Part shown: one piece after another, positions 40,271 through 51,539 of the stretch
How the letters are laid out: each line of letters opens with the position of its first letter
Position numbering within the stretch: position 1 is the stretch's first letter
From: Chiloscyllium plagiosum
Taxonomy: Eukaryota
NCBI RefSeq assembly: GCF_004010195.1
Contig: NC_057717.1
Location: 103,387,025 to 103,451,024, forward strand
Direction of reading: 5' to 3'
DNA length: 64,000 nt
Made by a program: the position numbers and the translations under genes
Notes under the pieces: generated by a model
What the model was told of the DNA's origin: nothing
Databases searched by the model: none
What the model saw: the letters and a program-made list of their open reading frames with translations, nothing else

Positions 40271-41394
40271 CCTTTGGTTGCTGGAAATCTGGAATATAAG
40301 CCCTTCAGCCCATCAGGTCTGGGCTGACCTATCTACACTAATCTTGTTTTCCAGCAGTAAAGACTCAGCAGGGTCTGGCAGCATCTGTGGAGAGAACATT
40401 TCAAGGCACCTACTTGCCTTCCCCTTCTGTACTTATTGGAGTGAAACACCAGGAGAGGCCTCATGGGAAGCTTGTCGAGACTTTGAGCCATATGAGAAGA
40501 TCTTAGGAAGGTGATCATAAGCTCGTTCAAAGAGGGAGACCTTAACGAGAGATTGTGGCAAGATTTAGAGAGGAAATTCCATAGCTCAGCGGCCAGACAA
40601 CTGAAGGTACAGCCATCTGTGGAGGAGGGAATTAAGATAAATAATAATCTGTAAAAGAAGAAAGTCCAAATAAATCAGAGGGCGTTGTGATTAATATTTT
40701 GATTTATGAAAGGTTCCTGAATTTTTCAGCCTCATTGAGGCATGAGAAGCCATTATTTGTCAATGACTACTTTAATGACTTGTGTTTAAAGACAGATTAG
40801 TGATTGAATTGGGTCAGTTGATAAACAGCGTAAAGAGAATTTGACATGTCATTGACAGGAACACAACAGAAGCCTGCCACACACAATATAAAGCTTTGTC
40901 CAGCTTTATTGTCATCAGTAACGTCTCACACTGTGATGGATTCTGACATAAAACAGAGTAATAGGAAATAAGGAACAACAATGCTTAAGGAGTCACTGGG
41001 GGTGGATTTAATCTCTTTCTCTTTGAGATTGTTTGATAATTCATAATCGTTTTTCTTGATAATGTGTTTATGATTTCACTAGAGAGATGTGCAGTGCTGA
41101 TGTCTGTACACAGACTGACCAGGGCCTAACAATGTCCCTGTCAATTGGTAGCTCATGTCACCGAGTCAAAGAATTGTAGCTTTAGGCTGACTGATCTCAT
41201 CCACCCACACACATATGCACATATATACCCACACATACACTCAGTAACACACACACACTCACTAACACACATACACACACTCACGCAAGTGCATAGGCAC
41301 ATATACACGTACAGACACATACACACTCCTCTCTCTCACACACACACTCACTAACCCACAGATGCACACACATGCACACACTCACTAACACACA

Positions 41395-41612
41395 GGAGAA
41401 AGTGACAACTCCAGATGTTGGAGATCAGAGTCAAAGAGTGTGGCGCTGGAAAAGCACAGCAGGTCAGGCAACATCCGAGAAGCAGGAGAATCAACGTTTT
41501 GGGCATAAGCTCTTAATCAGGATCATGAAGAGCTTATGCTCAAAACATCAATTCTTCTGCTTCTCGGATGTTGCCTGACCGGCTGTGGTTTTACAGTGTC
41601 ACAGTCTTTGAT
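41395..41612. mobile_element. PLE family A fold-back insert within a (CA)n-rich tract (41200-41800)
   Basis: Inverted arms; flanking direct repeat cactaacacaca. Confidence 0.8.
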
Positions 41613-42029
41613 GCACTAACACACATACAGACTGACACACACACACTTTCACTAATATAAACACAGTGGCACACTGACACACATACGCACACCTACACAC
41701 ACAACCACTAACATGCACACTCACTGACACGTGCTGATACACGCACGCATGCACGCACACACACACACACACAATCACTAACACACATGCGCACACACAC
41801 AAAAGAGCGAAACTGAAAGAAGAGAGTGAAGATGAATTCATTATTGACCCTTATGTGGTCAGGTGACCATGTGCCCACAATTGGATGTTCTAAATTGATC
41901 CACAGCCGAAGAAATCAGGCCTGACAGAAAGTTGGCCAAACTTCATTGTTCCGTCCTTTGAGTATAGAGATTGAGACGTCATGTTGAGGTGTACTCCATC
42001 ATGCTCCTGAGTTTTGCCTTGTAGGCAGG

Positions 42030-42710
42030 CCTGGGGGGGACCCAGAGGATCCTAGTTGTTATATTCTCTCTTGGTGGGGGTGGTCAATACCTGACACTTG
42101 CGTGGCTTGAAATTGACTGGCCACTTTTCAGCCCAAAACGACAATTGGACATGGACTGCTTCAGTATCTGAGGAGTAGCGAATGTTGTTGAACATTGTGC
42201 AATCATCAGCAAACATCCCCACTTTTGACCTTATGATGGAGGGAAGGTCGTTGATGAAGCAGCTGGAGATGGTTGGGCCTAGGATATTACCCTGAGGAAC
42301 TCCTGCAGAGATGTCCTGGATCTGAGACGATTGACCTCCAACAACCATGACCATCTTCCTTTGTGCCAGATATGACTCCAACCAGCAGAGAATGCGCCCC
42401 CTTAATACCCTTTGATTCTAATTTTGCCACAGTTCCTTGACATCAATGTGTGGACTTGTTGCAAAATGCTATCCCTCTCACCTCCCCTCTGGAATTCGGC
42501 TCTTCTGTCCATGTTTGAACAAGGCTGTAATGAAGTCAGGAGCCGAGTGACCCTGGCAGAACCCAAACTGGGCATCACTAAGCAGGTTATTGCTGAGAGG
42601 CGCTGCATGATAGCGCTGTTGATGACACCTTCCATCACTTTACTGACTGTAGACTGATGGGGCGGTAATTGGCCGTGTTAGAATTGTCATGCTTCTGGTG
42701 GATAGGACAT
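42030..42710 (-). mobile_element. LINE reverse-transcriptase fragment (family Y)
   Basis: ESYLAQRK...GVPQGNILGP...FINDLP...MFADDCT. Confidence 0.9.
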
Positions 42711-42944
42711 AACCTCTTACCTTGGTCTCAATATATCCCATCAAGCAACCTGTTGGTTAATAGCCCCTGTCTCCTTTGGTTCCCCATTGTCAGATGGTCC
42801 TGTGAAGCGCCTTAAGATCGGTTCAGAGATCATCCTTTCACTTGCTATTCAGCTGCTGACACTTTACTCACCCCATCCGACACTCAATCACTTGCAAAGG
42901 CTTGTTATCCATTTGTACTTACTTTTTGACACTCTTAATTACCC

Positions 42945-43109
42945 AGTTAAAAATCACACAACACCAGGTTATAGTCCAACAGGTTTAATTGGAAGCACAC
43001 TAGCTTTCAGAGCGACGCTCCTTCATCAGGTGACTCCAATTAAACCTGTAACCTGGTGCTGTGTGATTTTTAACTTTGTACACACCAGCCCAACACCGGC
43101 ATCTCCAAA
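42945..43109. mobile_element. PLE family C fold-back insert with a hammerhead motif at 42998-43032 (minus)
   Basis: Minus strand: cac CTGATGA a ggagc gtc gctct GAAA g CTA gtg; TSD tcttaattacc / tcttagttacc at 42933-42943 and 43110-43120. Confidence 0.8.
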
Positions 43110-43534
43110 TCTTAGTTACCTGGAATTATCTTCTAATTATCTCTCTGTGTCTGTGTACTTCACCTGACGAAGAGGTAGTGGTCCAAAAGTTGGTGATTTC
43201 AAATAAACCTGTTGGACTATAATCTGGTGTCATGTGACTTCTGCCCATGTTTTATTGTAATCCAAGATGCTACTTAAATGAAAGTTATTGGCTTCTACTC
43301 TTTTTAATGCTTTTGTTCCCAGAGCTCTTGTTTTAGGAACAGTCTCACTCCAGATAAAGTTCAACAAAAAGAAGTTAGAAGTGGCACTTCCAGAGAGAAT
43401 TAGACCCAGTGTGCTAAACAAGGACCTCGAGAGTGGTTCCTGAAGAGAAGCTTTAAAAATAATCAGGAAAGGGTTTGAAGGATTGTGAGTCTCATTCCAA
43501 AAATGAAAGGTGAAAGAAACTGTACTGCTATACA

Positions 43535-44085
43535 GTCATAGAGATGTACAGCACAGAAACAGACCCTTCAGTCCAACCCGTCCATGCTGACCAGATATCC
43601 CAACCCAATCTAGTCCCATTTGCCAGCACTTGGGCCCATATCCCTCTGAACCCTTCCTATCCATATACCCATCCAGATGTATTTTAAATGTTGCGATTGT
43701 CCCAGCCTCCACCCCGGAAACTCATTCCATACACGCACCACCCTCTACGTGAAAATGTTGTCCCTTAGCTTTCTTTCATATCTTTCCCTTTTCACCTTAA
43801 GCATATGCTGTCTAGTTCTGGATTCCCTCACCCCATGGAAAAGACTTTGTCTATTTATCCTATCCATGCCCCCTCATGATTTTATAAGCCTCGATAAGGT
43901 CACCCCTCAGCCTCCAACGCTCCAGGGAGAGCAACCCCAGCTGATTCAGCCTGTGCGTATAGCTAAAACCCTCTAGCTCAGGCAACCTTGGCCTTTTCTG
44001 AGCCCTTTCAAGTTTCACAACATCTTTCCGATAGGAAGGAGACCAGAATTGCACGCAATATTCCAACAGTGGCCTAACCAATGTT
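43535..44085 (-). mobile_element. CR1 LINE 3' fragment
   Basis: LVRPLLEYCVQFWSPSYRKDVVKLERAQ. Confidence 0.9.
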
Positions 44086-44526
44086 CTATATTATATATTC
44101 TAAACAGAAGCAGAGAGCAGATTCCTGTTATTAAAAGGTCCCCATTCAACACAATTGTGCCTTTTCTATATAACTCATACAATTGCCTGCAATTTGAAGT
44201 TAATTCATGTTGCCATGTGAAACCAGCAATTTCCACAATATAAAAACACTCTTGTACATAACGAACTGGTTGCTCTGTTTATGCAGTCTAGATCCAGTAC
44301 AGAGAGAGGAGCAAATTTTAGCACCTGAACCTGAGTTGAAAACTGCAAAGAATCTGTGTACATTTGATTCCAAATGAATTACAAATGATCATTGTATAGT
44401 GTACTGTGTTCATCTCAGTGAACAGCTGAGCTGGAGCAGGGCAAATCCCTCGAGGGCATCTCGACTCACCCACGTGCAGTATTAAGAATGCTGAGGAAAA
44501 ACTGAAAGAAATGTGCATGCTGTAAA

Positions 44527-44710
44527 TCAGAGACAAAAATATGAAATTGCTGGAAAAGCTCAGCAGGTCAAACAGCATCTGTGGAGAGAGATCAGAGTTA
44601 ACATTTTGGAACTGAAAGACGCTTCCTCAGAACAGAAGCCAGTTAGCTCTGATTTCTCTCCACAGATGTTGGTAAACCTGCTGAGCTTTTCCAGCTATTT
44701 CTATTTTTGT
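44527..44710. mobile_element. PLE family B fold-back insert
   Basis: gctggaaaagctcagcagg...cctgctgagcttttccagc inverted arms. Confidence 0.75.
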
Positions 44711-44890
44711 TTAAGAATACCGAAGTCTTACTCTAATGCAAATGCCCAAACAAGGTAATCTTGACCTAAGGTCAATTGTCTCTGACTGGAGTGGCTTGCT
44801 AGACCATTTCAGTTCAGAGTCAACTACAGTGCTGTTAATTAGCATGCAATGGTACAGAGAGAATCAAGAGATTCTCTTGAAAAGGGTATG

Positions 44891-45192
44891 TGGGGTGGCA
44901 CGGTGGTTAGCAGTGCTGCCTTACAGCACCAGGGTCCCAGGTTTGATTCCATCCTCGGGTGATTGTTTGCGTGGAGTTTGCACATTCTCCTCGTGGGTTT
45001 CCTCCGGGTGCTCCGGTTTTCTCCCACATTCCAAAGATGTGCAGGTCAGGTGAATTGGCCTTGCTAAATTGCCCTTAGTGTTAGCTGCATTAGTCAGAGG
45101 GAAATGGGTCTGGGTGGGTTACTCATCAAAGGGTCGGTGTGGACTTGCTGGGCCGAATGGCCTGTTTCCACGCTGTAGGGAATCTAATCTAA
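44891..45192 (+). mobile_element. HE1-type V-SINE
   Basis: Head, V-domain and (aatct)n tail. Confidence 0.9.
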
Positions 45193-45307
45193 TTGGCACT
45201 GGGTAACAATGTTCGTCTAAAGAGCTAGTTTAGGCATGATGGGCCAAATGGCCACATTCTGCACCATAAAACTTCTGTGATTCGGTAAGTCTGGAGGCAG
45301 GCGTGGT

Positions 45308-47876
45308 CCTGCCTGGGTAAGAACGGCAGATTTCCTTCCCGAAGGAAAACTGAGCAAATTGGATGAGTTCTTGCAACCATTCTTGGTAGCTGCCATGGTC
45401 TTTACTTTGATACTTCAATTTTATTAATCACATTTAAACACCACCAGCTGCCTCTGTTGGACATAAACTCATGTTCCAGAGTCTGAGCTGTAACTCAAGA
45501 TTTCTAGCTCATTTGCATTAACACTAAACCACTGCACTGCAGATTGGTAACTCTCCGAGGTGGTTAACCTCCCAAACAGTTGGCTTTAGTGACAATATTT
45601 TACTGAAATGTCAGGATGGACTGAGTTCAACAAAAACATATTTTTGCGTTATGCATTGTTCACATGGAGCTATTTTCATGACCTCAGTAAGTATTGAGTT
45701 CAGTATAAAATCCAATATGTATCCAGATTTTGGATTTAGAATCCTGCACATGCTTCTGAGCAGACGAACTTAATATCTGGACCCAGACTGTACATAAGGA
45801 GGTTATACAGAAGATCCATATGATATCCAATTCTCATGATGCACTGTCTCAGTTAAAGTGAGATACATTTCTTTGAAGGTTACATGAAAAAAGTATGTTC
45901 AGAATGGTCATTTATTTAATCTCAAAGCGATGGACTGTCAGCCATCAAAGCACAGGTACAACTCCTGACTGCTGAATCACACCACCCTGTTCCCTATTTA
46001 TCTGGTTTGAGAGCAGACTGTGGGGTTTTTGCATGTTTTTACATCTCTCACCAATACCTTGTATTTACTGATCTCCTACTGCAGTGAAACACTGGCAAAA
46101 GTCTGCGTGTATTCCTACCCCTTGCTGTGGAAGAGTCAAGCCAGATGCTTTCCTTCCTGAGACTTGTGCTCAGTCCATTAAACTTTCAACGTTGTTACAA
46201 GTTTAATATAGAGCCTTCACGGTGGTATCCTGCAGGTGGCCAGGTACACAACCCCTTTGATGTTTTGCAGTGCTCAGGATTAAAGTGGAATTGGCTCAAG
46301 TACTAATCTGTGAGGCAATACTGCCTGCATTCAGCTTCCCATTGTACTGGCCCCCTCCACCATCCCTATTTTGTACAGTCTTACAGCACAGAAACAGACC
46401 CTTCAGTCCAACTTTTCCACACTGACCAAGTTTCCCAAATGAAACCGGCCCCACTTGGCCCATATCCCTCTCAACCTTTCCTATTCATGTACCTGTCCAA
46501 TGTAGTTCAAATGCTGCTACTGTACGTGCATCTACCACTTCTTCTGGCAGGTCATTCCACATAGGAACCACCTTCTGTGTGAAAAATGATGTGAGGAATC
46601 AGCCCAACTTTGTTCAGCGGTGAAGCCTGGTGTGATCAGTCAGCGTGGACTATCTTTCCCCCTCTCTTGGTCTCTACTCTACCATCCACTAGTCTTTGAC
46701 TGACCCACTCCATTGCATTCCTAAGGAGAGTCACATCAAATTTGAAATCTGTAACATGCTACCGGACCTGCTGAGTTTCCTCCAGCACATTTCAGATTTC
46801 AGTTTCTGTTGTCCTTTCCTTTTTATCAATTAGCTTTTGGCACTCTCCTCCGTTACTCTCCCTTATATCTCAATGTGTAACATTGCCAGTCATTGATTTG
46901 ACTCTACTACATTTGGACTAACCTTGGCTGATCCTCTTGACACACTTCCAAGCTTCTACACTGGTCTGCAATGCCATGTTCCAAATGTCACCCTCTGCCT
47001 GGGTACTTTAACACAACAGCGCCTGACTCATTTCTCGATCGTAGGCAATGCTTGACTTATCCCTGCAGATTGAAGGGTAAAGTCACCATAGTCCCACAGG
47101 GCCACGCAGTTGCTCTCTCATTAGAGAGAGATGACTGATGGTGGCTTCACCTGAGGGTCACCATGTCTCAGGTGAGGGGAAAGGTTGAGAAGGAACGTCC
47201 TTCAGGGTATTCTCAGCTGGTGCAGGAACTGAACCCATGTTGCTGGCATTACTCGGCACTATAAATTAATTGCCCTGCCTGGGTAAGAACGGCAGATTTC
47301 CTTCCCGAAAGAAAAATGAGCAAATTGGATGAGTTTTGGCAACCATTCTTGGTAACTGCCACGGTCTTTACTTTGATATTTCTATTTTATTAATCACATT
47401 TAAATACCACCATCTGCCTCTGTTGGACATAAACTCATGTTCCCAGAGCATGAGCCATAACTCAAGATTTCTAGCTCATTTGCATTAACACTAAACCACT
47501 GCACTGCAGATTGGTAACTCTCTGAGGTGGTTAACTCCCAAACAGTTGGCTTTAGTGACAATATTTTACTGAAATGTCAGGATGGACTGAGTTCAATGAA
47601 AACATATTTTTGCGTTATGCATTGTTCACATGGGGCTATTTTCATGACCTCAGTAAGTATTGAGTTCTGTACAAAACCCAATATGTATCCAGATTTTGGA
47701 TTTAGGATCCTGCATATGCTTCTGAGCAGATGAACTTAATACCTGGACCCAGACTGTACATTAGGAGTTTATATGGAAGCTCTAAATGGTATCCAATTCT
47801 CATGACGCACTGTCTCTCAGTTAAAGAAAGATGCATTTCTATGAAGGTTACACGAAAAGAACGGTCGTTTAATTAA
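45308..47876 (+). repeat. Direct duplication of about 600 bp (45308-45920 and 47274-47876)
   Basis: Colinear near-identical text from cctgcctgggtaagaacggcag through tgcactgtctc..agttaaag. Confidence 0.92.
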
Positions 47877-48229
47877 TGACAGCTACCCAGGCCCTGAGAT
47901 TGAAAATTCATACTGGCAAACAGCAGCTGTATCACTCAAACCAAGCTCCTTCTTCTGTACCTGCAGTGAGATCTTCAGCTTTTCAAACAAGGGATAGGTT
48001 TCATGATATTTTTATAGCTAGCTTGCACAGGCCTCTTCAGAATTCAGAAGGTTCAACAAGATCAGAATAGATTTTCCCCACAGATTGATATGTGTTGCAC
48101 AAATTAGATTACACTAATGCATAGGAACAGGCAAACATCACATAGGGACATACACTGGCTCCTGGGCATGAAGAGAATCCTAATCCTTTCATTAGTCAAA
48201 TACGCTATCACAGCTCTCAAAGTTTAATT

Positions 48230-48520
48230 TTTATTCTTGTGGCATGTGGGAGTCCCTGGCTGGGCCAGCATTAATTGTCTGTTTCTAGTTGCCCCTTGAG
48301 AAGGTGGGGGTGAGCTGCCTTCTTGAACCGCTGCAGCCCACCTGCTGTGGCTTGACCCACAATGCCCTTAGGGAGGGAACTCCAGGATTCTGACCCAGCC
48401 ACACTGAAGGAACAGCGATATATTTCCGAGTCACAATGGTGAGTGGTTTGAGGGCAGCGTGAAGGTAGTGCCATTCCCACATCAGTGCTGCCCATGTCCT
48501 TCTAGATGGAAGCAATCATG
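48230..48520 (-). mobile_element. LINE family Y 3' end
   Basis: Reverse complement of FKKAAHPHLLKGQL plus tail. Confidence 0.8.
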
Positions 48521-49342
48521 TAGGGACTGTTTCTCTGCTCTATGACTCTATTTCTCTCTGGCTCTATTTGGCCTTACCTTTATTGTTTATACTTCACACA
48601 AGCCTCTCTACTTAGTCCTTCCCCTCAATATCGCTCTCGGATACCATATTCCTTTCTCTCTCTCGTTTCTGCATCAAGCTAATAGCATTAATGCAATCTA
48701 ATTATCTACAAAATGTAGCACCCATTCTCCTAATAAGGATATTCCTTCTAAATTACTCATCTGATCCTTGCAAGTCATTCCCGCACTTTTGCCAGTGGTT
48801 TAACATCCTTGTTGTACTTTGAAGACCATGATCTACACATAGTAATCCAACCATGCTAGAGTATTATTAGGTAATGCTACTATAGTCATGGCTATGGGGC
48901 AGATGCAACAGAAATTTGCTGCGATGTTACCAGTGATGAGGAGTTTAAGATTTGACGAGAAAGTTGAGAAGTTGCAGAGTATTCACTCCCATTCATGAGG
49001 AACTCTAACAAGATCTGAAGAGTTACAATACATGAGCGGTGTCTTCTTTGGTCTGCAAATAAGTGAGGGGATAAATTTCAACTAGTTAGAGTGAAAGCAG
49101 AAGTTTTCTGTAATGATGCCGTATCTTTCAAGAGGTAATTTTGTCCTGGGTCTTTTGAAGATGAGGTTGTGAGGCAGAGATGTCGAGTCGCCTACTGAAG
49201 ACGACTTTGAGTAAACAGCAATGTGAGGCCCTGAGGTTTTTGTTAAAGTTGGAATAATGGAAGCAGCTTTATTGGGGCCAATTCTCACAAACCAGGCTTT
49301 CAAGCTTTTTTAGTTTTTAGGTGTAGCTTTAAGCAGAAGCTA

Positions 49343-49905
49343 TTAGATTAGATTCCTTACAGTGTGGAAACAGGCCCTTCAGCCCAACCAGTCGACACCA
49401 ATCCTCCGAAGAATAACCCACCCAGACCCATTTCCCTCTGACTAATGCACCCTTAGGATAGAGATGAGGAGTAACTTCTTCACCCAGAGAGTGGTGGCTG
49501 TGTGGAATGCTCTGCCCCAGAGGGCAGTGGAGGCCCAGTCTCTGGATTCATTTAAGAAAGAGTTGGATAGAGCTCTCAAGGATAGTGGAATCAAGGGTTA
49601 TGGAGATAAGGCAGGAACAGGATACTGATTAAGGATGATCAGCCATGATCATATTGAATGGTGGTGCAGACTCGAAGGGCTGAATGGCCTACTCCTGCAC
49701 CTATTGTCTAACACTTTGGGCAATTTAGTATGGCCAATTCACCTAACCTGCACATCTTTGGACTGTGGGAGGAAACCGGAGCACCTGGAGGAAATCCATG
49801 CAGTCACAGGCAGAATGTGCAAACTCCACAGACAGTCGCCCGAGGCTGGAATCGAACCTGGGGCCCTGGTGCTGTGAGGCAGCAGTGCTAACCACTGAGC
49901 CACTT
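49343..49905 (-). mobile_element. V-SINE containing a + strand CR1-type 3' end (49453-49707), inside an LTR-like repeat
   Basis: SINE halves join at gactaatgcacc|taacac; insert reads FFTQRVVAVWNALP. Confidence 0.8.
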
Positions 49906-50409
49906 GGGGTCTCAAAAGAGTTGGAAGATTCAGTGAATGTCTTCTAGTTGTTATTCTCTCTAAATTTTCTCTTAAATGTTTTTTTCTCCTACATTGGAGA
50001 ACTGTATGTGAGAATCCATGCCTGAATTTTCCTTTTTTTTTGCCAAGGGTATTTTTATGGAATGTTACCATATTGGAACAGTTCATTAGTAATAGTTACT
50101 GTATCTATTATTCTGTTAAGTTTTCCAGTAGAGTTAAGTTATTCTAAATTCCTCTTTGTTTGGTTGTATTTTAACTACAGTGTTTAAAGAAATAGTGTTT
50201 TGCTTAATATTAAGTAGTTTGACCATCACATTTGGAACAGACACTTTATATTTGACTTTAAAATAAGAAAAGGTTAAGGTCTAGGTTACCTTGGTAAAAT
50301 ATTTTGAGGAGGTCTGGTCTGGTCAATAACAAATCCACTGGAAGCAGTAGGCAGTCTACATCAACTCCTCCAATCTGTAGTCACATCAGCAGAGAGTCCA
50401 CATCCAATA

Positions 50410-50563
50410 CAGAGGAACCTCGATTATCTGGCATTCAACTATCCAAATTTCTAATTATCTGGCAAGATCGCAAGGTCCCGATGCTTGGATAAACTATCCG
50501 GCATTCGATTAACTGAACGAAATACACCCCTCCCAAGCCCTTCGGATAATCAAGGTTCCTCTG
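50410..50563. mobile_element. Tc1/mariner (Tigger/pogo-like) MITE
   Basis: TIRs cagaggaacctcgattatc / gataatcaaggttcctctg; TA on the left flank only; internal ttatc(c/t)g repeats. Confidence 0.75.
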
Positions 50564-51196
50564 CTTGTGGTGTCCAACTTTCTATACCATCTTTACATAC
50601 AAGCTCCAAATCTGTTGCACCTCTCCAATTGCCCTGACTGACTTTAGCCATTGCAGAGGGCAGCTCAGAGACAACCATATTGCTGTGGGTCACATCAATG
50701 CCCCACCCAATAAAGATGGCAGATTTCCTTCCATTAGGTGGACCGGATGGGGGTCCTCCAACAACAAATTATAGTTACACAGGCGCCATCACGGAGACAA
50801 GCTTTCAACTCCTGATGTTATGAATTGAATTTACATTTCAGCAGCCCCTGAGTTGGTTTGGATTTGAACCTGTAACCCCAAGAATATGAGCCTGGATTAC
50901 TATTTCAGTGACGTTATTGCTACTGTCCCAATATCCATTACATTCTACGCTCTGGTAATCACAGCATTTGTTATCGGTCTTGCTGATCAGTTTTACCCAG
51001 CTGTCTTTTCAAGGAACATAAGAATAAGATGAAGTTATTTTGTCCCCTGAATGTTGTGCACAATTTAATGATTGTAACTAATCCTGTCTAAGATCTGGTG
51101 CCCAGGACAGTTTAGTGTATTCTCTGGTAGAATTGAGCATTTTTCATTCATTTCTTGGGACTGTTAATGAAATGTTAATGGTCTATATCCCTGGAC

Positions 51197-51350
51197 GGAG
51201 AAAGTGAGGTCTGCAGATGCTGGAGATCAGAGCTGAAAATGTGTTGCTGGAAAAGCGCAGCAGGTCAGGCAGCATCCAAGGAGCAGGAGAATCGACGTTT
51301 CGGGCATAAGCCCTTCTTCAGGAAGAAGGTTCCAGCAACACATTTTCAGC
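51197..51350 (-). mobile_element. PLE family A insert with short fold-back
   Basis: 15-bp TSD tctatatccctggac at 51182-51196 and 51351-51365; intact core ctgaagaagggcttatgcccgaaacgtc on minus. Confidence 0.88.
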
Positions 51351-51539
51351 TCTATATCCCTGGACCCCCAAATCACTTCCAACCACCACTGTTTCACTCT
51401 TTTCATAATTAAGGAAGTATTTGGGTTTGCTGTAAGATAAAAGTTATGCCCAGCTAGGAAAATCTCTGGAGGGTGATTTCAAACAAGTCCCACAAACAAG
51501 GCGATCTGGCAATGGAGGGATAAAGATTGTCCTGAAACA

